Of a DNA stretch of 64,000 nt, positions 1 to 11,585 are shown piece by piece (the stretch's first letter is position 1; every line of letters starts with the position of its first letter). Origin of the DNA: Escherichia coli (GTDB lineage Bacteria > Pseudomonadota > Gammaproteobacteria > Enterobacterales > Enterobacteriaceae). The position numbers were made by a program, and so were the translations under genes. Under the pieces are notes generated by a model. The model saw only the letters and a list, made by a program, of their open reading frames with translations, was not told the origin of the DNA and did not search any database. The stretch lies in NCBI RefSeq assembly GCF_003334335.1, contig NZ_QOWQ01000026.1; one strand, given 5' to 3'.

Positions 1-1303
1 GTAACCAGCCATTTTTGATGATTTCATCGGTAGCATCGGGACGCTGCCAGTAACCCAGCATCACCTGCGGTCCTTTGACACAAAGCTCACCCGGTTGACC
101 TGGTGGTACTTCATTATCATCATCATCCACCAGTTTGGCTTCCGTCGACGGCACCGGCAAACCGATGCTACCACTATGATAATCAATATCATATGGGTTA
201 ACGCTGACCAGCGGCGCACACTCGGTAAGGCCATAGCCTTCCAGCAGATACTGTCCGGTCAGTTTCACCCAACGCTCTGCCACCACTTGCTGCACTGGCA
301 TCCCACCGCCTGCGGAAAGATGCAGACTGGAGAAATCCAGCTGCTGGAACTCTTTATTGTTCAGCAACGCATTGAACAAGGTGTTAACGCCCGTGATAGC
401 GGTAAACGGATATTTCGCTAACTCTTTTACCAACCCTGGAATATCGCGCGGGTTAGTGATAAGCAGGTTCTGCCCACCCAGTTCGATAAACAGCAGGCAG
501 TTAATGGTCAGGGCAAAAATGTGATACAGCGGCAGCGCCGTCACCACCAGCTCTTTGCCCGGATGCAACAGCGGACCATAGGTCGCGTTAACCTGTTCCA
601 GGTTCGCCAGCATATTGCGGTGAGTCAGCATCGCGCCTTTCGCCACACCAGTGGTGCCGCCGGTGTATTGCAGAAAAGCTAAATCTTCCGGCACCAGTTC
701 GGGTTTGACGTACTGCATCCGGTAGCCGTTATGCAGTGCGCTACGAAATGAAATGGCATCTGGCAGATGGTATTTCGGCACCAAACGCTTGATGTATTTA
801 ACAACGAAATTGACTACCGTGCCTTTTGCCGTAGATAGCTGATCGCCCATACGGGTCAGAATTACGTGCTGAACGGCGGTTTTATCAACCACTTTTTCCA
901 GTGTGTGAGCAAAGTTAGACACGATAACAATCGCCGATGCGCCGCTATCGTTAAGCTGATGCTCAAGCTCACGCGGGGTATACAACGGGTTAACGTTTAC
1001 GACGATCATCCCGGCACGCAAAATGCCAAACAGCGCCACCGGATATTGCAATAAATTAGGCATCATCAACGCAACGCGATCGCCTTTCTTCAGCCCCAAC
1101 CCTTGTTGCAAATAAGCGGCAAACGCGCGACTGCGTTCTTCCAGCTTGCGGAAGGTCATTACCTCCCCCATATTCACAAACGCAGGTTGATCGGCGTAGC
1201 GCGCGACCGACTGCTCAAACATATCTACCAGAGATTGATAACGGTCAGGGTTGATCTCCGTCGGAACGTCCGCGGGATAACGGTTAAGCCAAACCTTCTT
1301 CAA
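1..1303 (-). CDS. fadD: Long-chain-fatty-acid--CoA ligase FadD (partial; C-terminal ~130 codons lie upstream of window start)
   Basis: Hand translation of minus strand from 1303 gives (L/M)[22 protein letters not shown]...; TTG start with AGAGGTGAA RBS; revcomp of window start encodes DEIIKNGWL. An in-frame upstream ATG at ~1336 is an alternative start. Confidence 0.9.
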   Translation of the reverse strand, partial: MKKVWLNRYPADVPTEINPDRYQSLVDMFEQSVARYADQPAFVNMGEVMTFRKLEERSRAFAAYLQQGLGLKKGDRVALMMPNLLQYPVALFGILRAGMIVVNVNPLYTPRELEHQLNDSGASAIVIVSNFAHTLEKVVDKTAVQHVILTRMGDQLSTAKGTVVNFVVKYIKRLVPKYHLPDAISFRSALHNGYRMQYVKPELVPEDLAFLQYTGGTTGVAKGAMLTHRNMLANLEQVNATYGPLLHPGKELVVTALPLYHIFALTINCLLFIELGGQNLLITNPRDIPGLVKELAKYPFTAITGVNTLFNALLNNKEFQQLDFSSLHLSAGGGMPVQQVVAERWVKLTGQYLLEGYGLTECAPLVSVNPYDIDYHSGSIGLPVPSTEAKLVDDDDNEVPPGQPGELCVKGPQVMLGYWQRPDATDEIIKNGWL

Positions 1304-1507
1304 TTCTTCACCTCTAAAATGCGTGTTCGTCGTCATCGCAACCCCAAATGATATACATGCCGTTAACATAATATTAACTCATCATACCAGCTTGATAATT
1401 ACCCAACGAAAAGGTTGCGAAGCGCGTCACTATTTATTTTTATCTTTACCGTAAGAATGCAGAAACAGCGGACCAGCCGCTGTTTCTTTTTCTTTAAAAA
1501 CAAGCAA

Positions 1508-2089
1508 TTATTCAGTTACAACTGTTTGTACTCTCGCGGGGCCGGGATTATACCAGCCCCATCCGCCGTAGCCATAGGGCCAGCCACGACCGCCATAAAA
1601 CCATGGATCAATCGGCTGAGGCGGCATAATCACCTGCTGGGTTAAATGCCAACGTTTGTAACCCGTTACTTGCATCACCATAAATTTATAGGGCGTATTG
1701 CCGATTTTGCCGTCAACCGCACCAGTGATTGGCCCGACTACCGTAACCAGTTGTCCACGGAAATCCACCGGGTCCAGAAAACCGTTCACATCGGCATAAA
1801 TGCGACCGCGAGAAAGTTCTCCCAGCGTCGGTCTGGCTCCGCTGTCCAGCGGTACGGTAGCAATTTCCAGGCGAGTTTTCCCTTGCTGGTTTTGTACCGC
1901 AACCACTTTGCCACCAAAGCGTGCCTCCTGACCAACGTACAGCTGCGGCGCACTCATCACCCGAACTAAATCTTGTTGCGGCGTGGGACTGCTGCCTTTA
2001 ATGGCGTCCGGCACAGTGACACAACCGCTCAGCATTAGCGCAAACGTACCTGCCAGTATGCCTTTGATAACATTCTTTTGAACCGCCAT
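1508..2089 (-). CDS. yeaY: Slp-family outer-membrane lipoprotein YeaY
   Basis: ORF track 193 aa; signal peptide with lipobox LSGC; synteny next to fadD/tsaB. Confidence 0.9.
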   Translation of the reverse strand: MAVQKNVIKGILAGTFALMLSGCVTVPDAIKGSSPTPQQDLVRVMSAPQLYVGQEARFGGKVVAVQNQQGKTRLEIATVPLDSGARPTLGELSRGRIYADVNGFLDPVDFRGQLVTVVGPITGAVDGKIGNTPYKFMVMQVTGYKRWHLTQQVIMPPQPIDPWFYGGRGWPYGYGGWGWYNPGPARVQTVVTE

Positions 2090-2128
2090 GGTGCGACTCC
2101 TTTTTTTCTCAGGGCATACTCTTAAGAT

Positions 2129-2824
2129 TCATTCTTTGCCCGGAAGTTTCTTCCATGCGACGTTGTTACGTAAATAAACCGGTTCGGCATGTTCCACCGC
2201 CACCGTTTTACCCTCAGCAAACATCTGACACGCAATCGGCAGCATATCTTCAGCAGCAGGCAGTAACACTTCGCCATCGCGCAAAACCAGCCCGCTCTCT
2301 TTACCGAGATCCGGCCAAGCTTGCCAGCCCGTCCCTACCGTCACCCATTCGCCGGAAAGCTGTTGCATTCGTTCATGGACGATTTCGGGTTTGAGTACGG
2401 CTTCGGTTTCTTCACCGTGCCAGATACCGTTTTCATCACGCTGATATTCGGCCCAGTAAACTTCGCCCATTCGCGCGTCAATGGCTGCCAGCACGCGGGT
2501 TGCGCCGTTTTTGCGCCACGCCCCTTGCGCCATCGTCATTAGCGTGGAGACGCCAATCATCGGTAATTCCGCGCCAAGCGCCAGCCCTTGCGCGATGCCA
2601 ATACCAATGCGCACGCCAGTAAAGCTACCGGGGCCGCGCCCGTAAGCCAGAGCGTTAATATCAGTCAGGGAAGTTCCGCTGGTGGTCAGGATATCCTGCA
2701 CCATCGGTAAGATTCGTTGAGTATGTTCACGAGGGCAAAGCTCAAAATGAGCGTTGACAGTACCGTCGTTCCACAGGGCGACAGAGCAGGCCTCTGTCGC
2801 GGTATCGATAGCCAGAATTCGCAT
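2129..2824 (-). CDS. tsaB: tRNA threonylcarbamoyladenosine biosynthesis protein TsaB (YeaZ)
   Basis: ORF track 231 aa, [17 protein letters not shown]... typical Kae1/TsaB-family N-terminus. Confidence 0.92.
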   Translation of the reverse strand: MRILAIDTATEACSVALWNDGTVNAHFELCPREHTQRILPMVQDILTTSGTSLTDINALAYGRGPGSFTGVRIGIGIAQGLALGAELPMIGVSTLMTMAQGAWRKNGATRVLAAIDARMGEVYWAEYQRDENGIWHGEETEAVLKPEIVHERMQQLSGEWVTVGTGWQAWPDLGKESGLVLRDGEVLLPAAEDMLPIACQMFAEGKTVAVEHAEPVYLRNNVAWKKLPGKE

Positions 2825-2881
2825 GGGTCTTCGTGCTTAGATCAATAAAAAGGCGCGCATCATACCATACTCCGTAACAAA

Positions 2882-4792
2882 TTACCTGGAGGATGGTATC
2901 GCAAGGAAACGAACCGCACGGGCAATGTCACGGGTGCGTGGCGCGGGCGGCAGACTGGCGAGAAACGTCGCGCCGTAAGGACGCATCACCAGCCGATTGT
3001 CACAAATCACCAGCACGCCACGATCGTCGGCGTCGCGAATCAGTCGCCCTACCCCCTGTTTGAGAGTAATGACGGCATCTGGTAGTTGCACTTCATCGAA
3101 CGGGTCGCCACCGCGCAAACGACAATCTTCCATGCGCGCTTTTAACAGTGGATCATCCGGCGAGGTAAACGGCAATTTGTCGATAATTACCAATGACAAT
3201 GTATCGCCACGCACGTCCACCCCTTCCCAGAAACTGCTGGTTGCCACAAGAAGCGCATTACCGGCGCTGACAAATTGCTGCAACAGTTGCCCTTTGCTGG
3301 TTTCCCCCTGCAACAATACAGGAAGCGTCATGGTAGCGCGGAACTGCTCGGCCAGATCGCGCATCATGGCGTGCGAGGTACAAAGCATAAAACAACGACC
3401 GTTGTTAGCTTCGATGATCGGTCGCAGCATTGCCGCTAACTGGCGAGCAGAACCTGGCTGGTTGGTTTGCGGCAGATTGCGCGGCACACAGAGTAACGCC
3501 TGGCGGCTGTAATCAAATGGGCTGGGCAACAGCAACGACTCGGCCTGTTCGATGCCAAGCCGCGAGGTGAAATGATGCAGATCGTCGTTCACCGACAGCG
3601 TTGCTGAGGTGAAGATCCAGCTACCGGGTTTTTGCGCCATTAACTCTTTGAATTTATCCGCCACGCTGAGCGGCGTGAGAGCCAGAGTAAAATGGCGCGA
3701 AGTGCATTCGTACCAGTAGCTGTAGCCCGGCTGATTGATCTCTTTTAGCCGCTTCAGCCGTGTGCGATACAACGTGGCGCGCTCAAATGCCGCATCCAGC
3801 AAGGCGGAACGCCCCAGTGACAGTTTCGCCACGTCATAACAAAGTTCCAGGGTGTCATCGAGCAGTAAAAATGCCCGCTGAATTTGCGGATTAGCTAACA
3901 GCTCACGCAGGTTACCGCGATAACCTGGCTCACCGAGTTGCAGACGAAAATCCTGCGCACTCTGGGCAAGACGATCAGCGCACTTTTGTAACTGCTGGGT
4001 GTCTTTTAATTCGGTGCGGTAGGCGATGGTGATGTCTTTTGCCAGGTCGAGCAGTTGTCGACTGGAGAGTGACTGACCAAAATACTGGCTGGCAATGTCC
4101 GGTAGCTGGTGGGCTTCGTCGAAGATCATGACGTCCGCTTCCGGGATCAGTTCGCCAAATCCACTCTCTTTAACCACCATATCCGCCAGAAAGAGATGAT
4201 GGTTTACCACCACCACATCGGCGTCCATCGCTTTTTTACGTGCTTTGACCACAAAGCAATCTTTATACATCGGGCAGTCGCTGCCAAGACAGTTGTCGTT
4301 GGTGCTGGTGACCAGCGGCCACGCCTGTGAATCTTCCGCCACGCTGACGCAGGTGCTGATATCACCATCGACTGTTTGATTAGACCAGGAGCGCAGCAGG
4401 ATCACATCGCTTAAGATTTGTACCGGCAGATCGCCCCCCGCCAGCGCCTGCTGTTCGAGACGTTCGAGGCAGAGGTAGTTTGAGCGCCCTTTCAGCAGCG
4501 CCACGTTGCCCGTATATTTCAATGCCTTTGAGACTGTTGGCAAATCGCGGCTGTAGAGCTGATCCTGCAACGCTTTTGAGCCGGTCGAGATAATGACTTT
4601 CTTTTTCGCCCGCAGCGCAGGAGCCAGGTAAGCGTAGGTTTTGCCCGTACCGGTTCCTGCTTCCACCACCAGCGGCTGGCCTTTTTCTATCGCCTGGGTG
4701 ACGGCTACCGCCATCTGTCGCTGTGGTTCTCGCGGCTTAAAGCCTGGTATCGCTTTCGCCAGCTGACCGTCTGGTGCAAAATCGTCCGTCAC
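2882..4792 (-). CDS. yoaA: ATP-dependent DNA helicase YoaA (DinG/XPD-like)
   Basis: ORF track 636 aa; Walker A GTGTGKT, DEAH-type motif (FDEAHQL) and helicase C-terminal motifs. Confidence 0.92.
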   Translation of the reverse strand: MTDDFAPDGQLAKAIPGFKPREPQRQMAVAVTQAIEKGQPLVVEAGTGTGKTYAYLAPALRAKKKVIISTGSKALQDQLYSRDLPTVSKALKYTGNVALLKGRSNYLCLERLEQQALAGGDLPVQILSDVILLRSWSNQTVDGDISTCVSVAEDSQAWPLVTSTNDNCLGSDCPMYKDCFVVKARKKAMDADVVVVNHHLFLADMVVKESGFGELIPEADVMIFDEAHQLPDIASQYFGQSLSSRQLLDLAKDITIAYRTELKDTQQLQKCADRLAQSAQDFRLQLGEPGYRGNLRELLANPQIQRAFLLLDDTLELCYDVAKLSLGRSALLDAAFERATLYRTRLKRLKEINQPGYSYWYECTSRHFTLALTPLSVADKFKELMAQKPGSWIFTSATLSVNDDLHHFTSRLGIEQAESLLLPSPFDYSRQALLCVPRNLPQTNQPGSARQLAAMLRPIIEANNGRCFMLCTSHAMMRDLAEQFRATMTLPVLLQGETSKGQLLQQFVSAGNALLVATSSFWEGVDVRGDTLSLVIIDKLPFTSPDDPLLKARMEDCRLRGGDPFDEVQLPDAVITLKQGVGRLIRDADDRGVLVICDNRLVMRPYGATFLASLPPAPRTRDIARAVRFLAIPSSR

Positions 4793-4923
4793 ACTACCCC
4801 CTGTTGATTTGAACAGGGATTATGTCAGGATGAGGGCGCTTTCGCCAGTTGAAGTGGTGACGGCGACCTCACATTGTGGCAGTCTTTGCAGCACGAAAAT
4901 GGAAGTATAATGAGGACAAAATG

Positions 4924-5268
4924 ATGACTATCGTTCGTATCGATGCTGAAGCCCGCTGGTCTGATGTAGTAATCCACAACAACACGCTCTACTACACTGG
5001 TGTACCGGAAAACCTCGACGCCGATGCCTTTGAGCAAACCGCCAACACGCTGGCACAGATTGACGCCGTGCTGGAAAAACAGGGCAGCAATAAATCGAGC
5101 ATTCTGGATGCCACCATTTTCCTGGCCGATAAAAACGACTTCGCGGCGATGAATAAAGCGTGGGATGCCTGGGTTGTCGCGGGTCATGCGCCGGTGCGCT
5201 GCACGGTACAAGCGGGTTTGATGAACCCGAAGTATAAAGTTGAAATTAAGATTGTGGCTGCGGTGTAA
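4924..5268 (+). CDS. yoaB: RidA/YjgF-family protein YoaB
   Basis: ORF track 4876..5268 is over-extended; the recalled protein begins MTIVRIDAEARW (114 aa). Start could equally be the adjacent ATG at 4921. Confidence 0.85.
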   Translation: MTIVRIDAEARWSDVVIHNNTLYYTGVPENLDADAFEQTANTLAQIDAVLEKQGSNKSSILDATIFLADKNDFAAMNKAWDAWVVAGHAPVRCTVQAGLMNPKYKVEIKIVAAV

Positions 5269-5689
5269 GCTTTATCGAAGCAAAATAAGTCAGACGATAA
5301 TTTATCGATAATACTGGTCGGTTTTACATAAATCGACCAGAGAATAAGATATTACTGTTGATGCTTCTGCTAATTCATTATTTATATTTATAATTTCAAT
5401 TTTATCTATAAAACTAACTATATAAATAAACATAAACATGCCGTTGTGTTCGCCCTTTGATTAGCAACTCTGGTTTTCTTTCTTAGCTGAACAATCTGGT
5501 TATAGCGTGCGGACTGACCGTTAAATTTCTCCATCTTACTGGATAACACACCATGAGCTGCTACCTTTAAAACACCTGAATGTCAACAGGTTAACTCGTG
5601 CCATATCGTTATAATCCCTTTGATATTAGATGCAAATTAAGGTCATATATAGCCTTATCGATAACATGGTTAATTTTAAGGATAAGAAT

Positions 5690-5989
5690 ATGCCTGCTGT
5701 AATAGATAAAGCCCTGGATTTCATTGGTGCCATGGATGTATCAGCGCCAACACCAAGTTCGATGAATGAAAGCACGGCGAAGGGAATCTTTAAATATTTA
5801 AAAGAACTGGGAGTACCCGCGAGTGCCGCTGATATTACGGCGCGAGCTGACCAGGAAGGCTGGAACCCTGGGTTCACGGAAAAAATGGTTGGATGGGCAA
5901 AAAAAATGGAGACAGGTGAACGTTCTGTGATTAAAAATCCTGAATACTTTTCAACATATATGCAGGAAGAACTAAAAGCACTGGTCTGA
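5690..5989 (+). CDS. yoaC: DUF1889 protein YoaC
   Basis: ORF track 5630..5989 trimmed to the ATG at 5690 (MPAVIDKALDF..., 99 aa) preceded by AAGGA RBS. Confidence 0.8.
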   Translation: MPAVIDKALDFIGAMDVSAPTPSSMNESTAKGIFKYLKELGVPASAADITARADQEGWNPGFTEKMVGWAKKMETGERSVIKNPEYFSTYMQEELKALV

Positions 5990-6108
5990 GTTAAATTTAT
6001 ATCAGCATAAATGGGTCAGGACGCTTTTAATCACATATAAAAAGCGTCCTTTTTCTCACAATCAAATGATCATCGGCTTCTATAACGAAATCGATACGGA
6101 TTAGTGTG

Positions 6109-6288
6109 TTACTCGTCTTCATCCTCAAAACGCGCCACGATTCGCTCGCCGGAGTGGTTGGCACGCAGCTCTTCTGCCACCAGCGCGATTGCCTGGCCGC
6201 TGCTCATCCCTTGTGCCATCAGTTCCTGGATCCGCTCGACAGCTTTTTGCTGCTGTTCATGGGTGAGTGAAGGTAAACCTGCAAACAT
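6109..6288 (-). CDS. yoaH: UPF0181 small protein YoaH (59 aa)
   Basis: Not in ORF track (below 60 aa). Hand translation of minus strand: [59 protein letters not shown]. Confidence 0.85.
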
Positions 6289-6361
6289 TGTTAACTCCTG
6301 CTAAATTGTTGGCGCTAATTATTTCATGCTACCCGGCACATAGCCAGTAGAGTCAGGACTG

Positions 6362-7723
6362 ATGAAGACGTTATCTCCCGCTGTGATTACTTTACCCTGG
6401 CGTCAGGACGCCGCTGAATTTTATTTCTCCCGCTTAAGCCACCTGCCGTGGGCGATGCTTTTACACTCCGGCTATGCCGATCATCCGTATAGCCGCTTTG
6501 ATATTGTGGTCGCCGAGCCGATTTGCACTTTAACCACTTTCGGTAAAGAAACCGTTGTTAGTGAAAGCGAAAAACGCACAACGACCACTGATGACCCGCT
6601 ACAGGTGCTCCAGCAGGTGCTGGATCGCGCAGACATTCGCCCAACGCATAACGAAGATTTGCCATTTCAGGGCGGCGCACTGGGGTTGTTTGGCTACGAT
6701 CTGGGCCGCCGTTTTGAGTCACTGCCAGAAATTGCGGAACAAGATATCGTTCTGCCGGATATGGCAGTGGGTATCTACGATTGGGCGCTCATTGTCGACC
6801 ACCAGCGTCATACAGTTTCTTTGCTGAGTCATAATGATGTCAATGCCCGTCGGGCCTGGCTGGAAAGCCAGCAATTCTCGCCGCAGGAAGATTTCACGCT
6901 CACTTCCGACTGGCAATCCAATATGACCCGCGAGCAGTACGGCGAAAAATTTCGCCAGGTACAGGAATATCTGCACAGCGGTGATTGCTATCAGGTGAAT
7001 CTCGCCCAACGTTTTCATGCGACCTATTCTGGCGATGAATGGCAGGCATTCCTTCAGCTTAATCAGGCCAACCGCGCGCCATTTAGCGCTTTTTTACGTC
7101 TTGAACAGGGTGCAATTTTAAGCCTTTCGCCAGAGCGGTTTATTCTTTGTGATAATAGTGAAATCCAGACCCGCCCGATTAAAGGCACGCTACCACGCCT
7201 GCCCGATCCTCAGGAAGATAGCAAACAAGCAGTAAAACTGGCGAACTCAGCGAAAGATCGTGCCGAAAATCTGATGATTGTCGATTTAATGCGTAATGAT
7301 ATCGGTCGTGTTGCCGTAGCAGGTTCGGTAAAAGTACCAGAGCTGTTCGTGGTGGAACCCTTCCCTGCCGTGCATCATCTGGTCAGCACCATAACGGCGC
7401 AACTACCAGAACAGTTACACGCCAGCGATCTGCTGCGCGCAGCTTTTCCTGGTGGCTCAATAACCGGGGCTCCGAAAGTACGGGCTATGGAAATTATCGA
7501 CGAACTGGAACCGCAGCGACGCAATGCCTGGTGCGGCAGCATTGGCTATTTGAGCTTTTGCGGCAACATGGATACCAGTATTACTATCCGCACGCTGACT
7601 GCCATTAACGGACAAATTTTCTGCTCTGCGGGCGGTGGAATTGTCGCCGATAGCCAGGAAGAAGCGGAATATCAGGAAACTTTTGATAAAGTTAATCGTA
7701 TCCTGAAGCAACTGGAGAAGTAA
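6362..7723 (+). CDS. pabB: Aminodeoxychorismate synthase component I
   Basis: ORF track 453 aa; chorismate-binding family motifs (PIKGT, SPERF, GGSITGAPK). Confidence 0.95.
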   Translation: MKTLSPAVITLPWRQDAAEFYFSRLSHLPWAMLLHSGYADHPYSRFDIVVAEPICTLTTFGKETVVSESEKRTTTTDDPLQVLQQVLDRADIRPTHNEDLPFQGGALGLFGYDLGRRFESLPEIAEQDIVLPDMAVGIYDWALIVDHQRHTVSLLSHNDVNARRAWLESQQFSPQEDFTLTSDWQSNMTREQYGEKFRQVQEYLHSGDCYQVNLAQRFHATYSGDEWQAFLQLNQANRAPFSAFLRLEQGAILSLSPERFILCDNSEIQTRPIKGTLPRLPDPQEDSKQAVKLANSAKDRAENLMIVDLMRNDIGRVAVAGSVKVPELFVVEPFPAVHHLVSTITAQLPEQLHASDLLRAAFPGGSITGAPKVRAMEIIDELEPQRRNAWCGSIGYLSFCGNMDTSITIRTLTAINGQIFCSAGGGIVADSQEEAEYQETFDKVNRILKQLEK

Positions 7724-7726
7724 GAC

Positions 7727-8305
7727 GTGGAATACCGTAGCCTGACGCTTGATGATTTTTTATCGCGCTTTCAACTTTTGCGCCCGCAAATTAACCGGGA
7801 AACCCTAAATCATCGTCAGGCTGCTGTGTTAATCCCCATCGTCCGTCGACCGCAACCGGGGTTGTTGCTGACTCAGCGTTCGATTCATCTGCGTAAACAC
7901 GCTGGACAAGTGGCATTCCCTGGAGGTGCAGTCGATGACACGGACGCATCAGCTATCGCCGCCGCGCTGCGCGAAGCTGAAGAAGAGGTCGCTATACCGC
8001 CTTCCGCCGTTGAAGTTATCGGCGTGCTGCCGCCCGTCGATAGCGTCACTGGCTACCAGGTAACCCCAGTGGTCGGCATTATCCCGCCCGATCTGCCGTA
8101 TCGCGCCAGTGAAGATGAAGTCTCGGCGGTGTTTGAAATGCCGCTCGCCCAGGCATTACATCTGGGTCGTTATCACCCTTTAGATATCTACCGCCGTGGT
8201 GATTCACATCGGGTATGGCTGTCCTGGTACGAACAGTATTTTGTATGGGGAATGACCGCAGGCATAATTCGTGAGCTGGCGCTGCAAATTGGTGTGAAAC
8301 CCTGA
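7727..8305 (+). CDS. nudL: CoA pyrophosphatase NudL (Nudix hydrolase)
   Basis: ORF track 192 aa, GTG start 4 nt after pabB stop; Nudix box [23 protein letters not shown]. Confidence 0.9.
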
Positions 8306-8488
8306 CTATACTTATCTTTACATCTACAAAACACTACTTGAGACAATCATCGCAATATTAGTTAAATCGCGGTTTTTGATTAGTTTAATTCATGTGAATA
8401 GTTAAGCCAGTCGCCGCGTTCCCTCTTACACTATGCGCTGTTATTAGTTCGTTACTGGAAGTCCAGTCACCTTGTCAGGAGTATTATC

Positions 8489-9853
8489 GTGATTAGTCTA
8501 TTCGACATGTTTAAGGTGGGGATTGGTCCCTCATCTTCCCATACCGTAGGGCCTATGAAGGCAGGTAAACAGTTCGTCGATGATCTGGTCGAAAAAGGCT
8601 TACTGGATAGCGTTACTCGCGTTGCCGTGGACGTTTATGGTTCACTGTCGCTGACGGGTAAAGGCCACCACACCGATATCGCCATTATTATGGGTCTTGC
8701 AGGTAACGAACCTGCCACCGTGGATATCGACAGTATTCCCGGTTTTATTCGCGACGTAGAAGAGCGCGAACGTCTGCTGCTGGCACAGGGACGGCATGAA
8801 GTGGATTTCCCGCGCGACAACGGGATGCGTTTTCATAACGGCAACCTGCCGCTGCATGAAAACGGTATGCAAATCCACGCCTATAACGGCGATGAAGTCG
8901 TCTACAGCAAAACTTATTATTCCATCGGCGGCGGTTTTATCGTCGATGAAGAACACTTTGGTCAGGATGCTGCCAACGAAGTAAGCGTGCCGTATCCGTT
9001 CAAATCTGCCACCGAACTGCTCGCGTACTGTAATGAAACCGGCTATTCGCTGTCTGGTCTCGCTATGCAGAACGAACTGGCGCTGCACAGCAAGAAAGAG
9101 ATCGACGAGTATTTCGCGCATGTCTGGCAAACCATGCAGGCATGTATCGATCGCGGGATGAACACCGAAGGTGTACTGCCAGGCCCGCTGCGCGTGCCAC
9201 GTCGTGCGTCTGCCCTGCGCCGGATGCTGGTTTCCAGCGATAAACTGTCTAACGATCCGATGAATGTCATTGACTGGGTAAACATGTTTGCGCTGGCAGT
9301 TAACGAAGAAAACGCCGCCGGTGGTCGTGTGGTAACTGCGCCAACCAACGGTGCCTGCGGTATCGTTCCGGCAGTGCTGGCTTACTATGACCACTTTATT
9401 GAATCGGTCAGCCCGGACATCTATACCCGTTACTTTATGGCAGCGGGCGCGATTGGTGCATTGTATAAAATGAACGCCTCTATTTCCGGTGCGGAAGTTG
9501 GTTGCCAGGGCGAAGTGGGTGTTGCCTGTTCAATGGCTGCTGCGGGTCTTGCAGAACTGCTGGGCGGTAGCCCGGAACAGGTTTGCGTGGCGGCGGAAAT
9601 TGGCATGGAACACAACCTTGGTTTAACCTGCGACCCGGTTGCAGGGCAGGTTCAGGTGCCGTGCATTGAGCGTAATGCCATTGCCTCTGTGAAGGCGATT
9701 AACGCCGCGCGGATGGCTCTGCGCCGCACCAGTGCACCGCGCGTCTCGCTGGATAAGGTCATCGAAACGATGTACGAAACCGGTAAGGACATGAACGCCA
9801 AATACCGCGAAACCTCACGCGGTGGTCTGGCAATCAAAGTCCAGTGTGACTAA
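8489..9853 (+). CDS. sdaA: L-serine dehydratase 1 (iron-sulfur dependent)
   Basis: ORF track 454 aa, GTG start; [23 protein letters not shown]... N-terminus. Confidence 0.95.
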   Translation: MISLFDMFKVGIGPSSSHTVGPMKAGKQFVDDLVEKGLLDSVTRVAVDVYGSLSLTGKGHHTDIAIIMGLAGNEPATVDIDSIPGFIRDVEERERLLLAQGRHEVDFPRDNGMRFHNGNLPLHENGMQIHAYNGDEVVYSKTYYSIGGGFIVDEEHFGQDAANEVSVPYPFKSATELLAYCNETGYSLSGLAMQNELALHSKKEIDEYFAHVWQTMQACIDRGMNTEGVLPGPLRVPRRASALRRMLVSSDKLSNDPMNVIDWVNMFALAVNEENAAGGRVVTAPTNGACGIVPAVLAYYDHFIESVSPDIYTRYFMAAGAIGALYKMNASISGAEVGCQGEVGVACSMAAAGLAELLGGSPEQVCVAAEIGMEHNLGLTCDPVAGQVQVPCIERNAIASVKAINAARMALRRTSAPRVSLDKVIETMYETGKDMNAKYRETSRGGLAIKVQCD

Positions 9854-9863
9854 TACTTCTTAC

Positions 9864-9894
9864 TCGCCCATCTGCAACGGATGGGCGAATTTAT
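9864..9894 (+). terminator. Intrinsic terminator downstream of sdaA
   Basis: Hairpin tcgcccatc-tgcaacg-gatgggcga followed by atttat. Confidence 0.6.
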
Positions 9895-9983
9895 ACCCGC
9901 TTTCTCGTCTGCTGTAATATTCCCCACTACACTTCCACTGTTGCGTCAGGCGTTTGTCGCCATACGCTTACAGGGTGGCCCGC

Positions 9984-11582
9984 ATGCAAAAAGCACAACG
10001 GATCATTAAAACCTATCGTCGTAATCGAATGATTGTTTGTACGATTTGCGCACTCGTTACGCTCGCTTCGACCCTGAGCGTGCGATTTATTTCACAGCGT
10101 AACTTAAATCAACAACGGGTAGTACAATTCGCCAATCACGCTGTAGAGGAATTAGATAAAGTACTGCTTCCCCTACAGGCAGGTAGCGAAGTCTTGCTTC
10201 CGCTGATTGGTCTGCCCTGCTCTGTCGCCCATTTGCCATTACGTAAACAGGCGGCAAAACTCCAAACTGTGCGATCCATTGGCCTGGTGCAAGACGGCAC
10301 ACTTTATTGCTCCAGCATTTTTGGTTATCGCAATGTGCCCGTCGTGGACATTCTGGCTGAACTTCCTGCACCGCAACCACTTTTACGCCTGACGATCGAC
10401 CGTGCCCTGATTAAAGGCAGTCCGGTTTTGATTCAATGGACGCCTGCAGCGGGCAGTAGCAATGCTGGGGTCATGGAGATGATTAACATCGACTTACTGA
10501 CGGCAATGCTGCTTGAGCCACAACTGCCGCAAATCAGTAGCGCCAGCCTGACGGTGGACAAACGGCATTTGCTCTATGGTAATGGGCTGGTAGATTCCCT
10601 TCCGCAACCTGAAGACAATGAAAACTATCAGGTTTCTTCGCAACGCTTTCCTTTTACCATTAACGTTAATGGTCCGGGGGCTACGGCGCTGGCATGGCAC
10701 TATCTTCCAACACAATTACCGCTGGCGGTGCTGCTAAGTTTACTGGTGGGCTACATCGCCTGGCTGGCGACCGCTTACCGAATGAGCTTTTCCCGCGAAA
10801 TCAATCTGGGCCTGGCGCAACATGAGTTCGAATTGTTCTGTCAGCCTTTGCTTAATGCGCGCAGCCAGCAATGTATTGGTGTAGAGATTTTGCTGCGCTG
10901 GAACAATCCGCGTCAGGGCTGGATTTCACCGGATGTGTTTATTCCTATCGCGGAAGAACATCATTTAATTGTGCCACTGACCCGCTATGTGATGGCAGAA
11001 ACCATTCGTCAGCGCCATGTTTTCCCGATGAGTAGTCAGTTTCATGTTGGCATTAACGTCGCACCCAGCCATTTTCGCCGTGGTGTGCTGATAAAAGATC
11101 TCAATCAGTACTGGTTTAGCGCTCACCCGATTCAGCAACTGATCCTCGAAATCACCGAACGCGATGCCTTACTGGATGTTGATTATCGGATTGCCCGCGA
11201 GCTGCATCGTAAAAACGTCAAACTGGCGATTGATGACTTCGGCACCGGCAACAGCTCGTTTTCCTGGCTTGAAACATTACGTCCTGACGTGCTGAAAATT
11301 GATAAGTCATTTACCGCAGCTATAGGTTCTGACGCGGTTAACTCGACGGTGACCGATATCATCATCGCGCTGGGGCAAAGACTGAATATTGAACTGGTGG
11401 CGGAGGGCGTGGAAACGCAAGAACAGGCGAAGTATTTGCGCCGTCATGGCGTGCATATTTTGCAAGGGTATTTGTACGCACAGCCGATGCCGCTACGTGA
11501 TTTTCCCAAATGGCTGGCGGGCAGCCAACCGCCGCCCGCCCGGCATAATGGACATATCACGCCCATTATGCCGTTACGTTAA
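9984..11582 (+). CDS. pdeD: c-di-GMP phosphodiesterase PdeD (YoaD), CSS-motif periplasmic domain plus EAL domain
   Basis: ORF track 9954..11582 trimmed to the ATG at 9984 (532 aa); membrane-anchored N-terminus; C-terminal EAL-domain motifs (e.g. DDFGTGNSS). Confidence 0.88.
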   Translation: MQKAQRIIKTYRRNRMIVCTICALVTLASTLSVRFISQRNLNQQRVVQFANHAVEELDKVLLPLQAGSEVLLPLIGLPCSVAHLPLRKQAAKLQTVRSIGLVQDGTLYCSSIFGYRNVPVVDILAELPAPQPLLRLTIDRALIKGSPVLIQWTPAAGSSNAGVMEMINIDLLTAMLLEPQLPQISSASLTVDKRHLLYGNGLVDSLPQPEDNENYQVSSQRFPFTINVNGPGATALAWHYLPTQLPLAVLLSLLVGYIAWLATAYRMSFSREINLGLAQHEFELFCQPLLNARSQQCIGVEILLRWNNPRQGWISPDVFIPIAEEHHLIVPLTRYVMAETIRQRHVFPMSSQFHVGINVAPSHFRRGVLIKDLNQYWFSAHPIQQLILEITERDALLDVDYRIARELHRKNVKLAIDDFGTGNSSFSWLETLRPDVLKIDKSFTAAIGSDAVNSTVTDIIIALGQRLNIELVAEGVETQEQAKYLRRHGVHILQGYLYAQPMPLRDFPKWLAGSQPPPARHNGHITPIMPLR

Positions 11583-11585
11583 CGC

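Noticed and set aside
1103-1351. 82-aa plus-strand ORF overlapping the fadD start region
   Set aside because: Antisense to the fadD N-terminus and RBS; no independent support.
6104-6304. 66-aa plus-strand ORF
   Set aside because: The opposite strand here encodes the small protein YoaH in a clean frame with matching sequence.
8642-9394. 250-aa minus-strand ORF (and similar antisense ORFs at 11601..12158, 14735..15496, 39556..40212, 46671..47426, 59007..59726)
   Set aside because: Each is embedded antisense in a well-supported gene (sdaA, yoaE, manY/manZ, ptrB, zwf, yebC); typical GC-rich antisense open frames without RBS.
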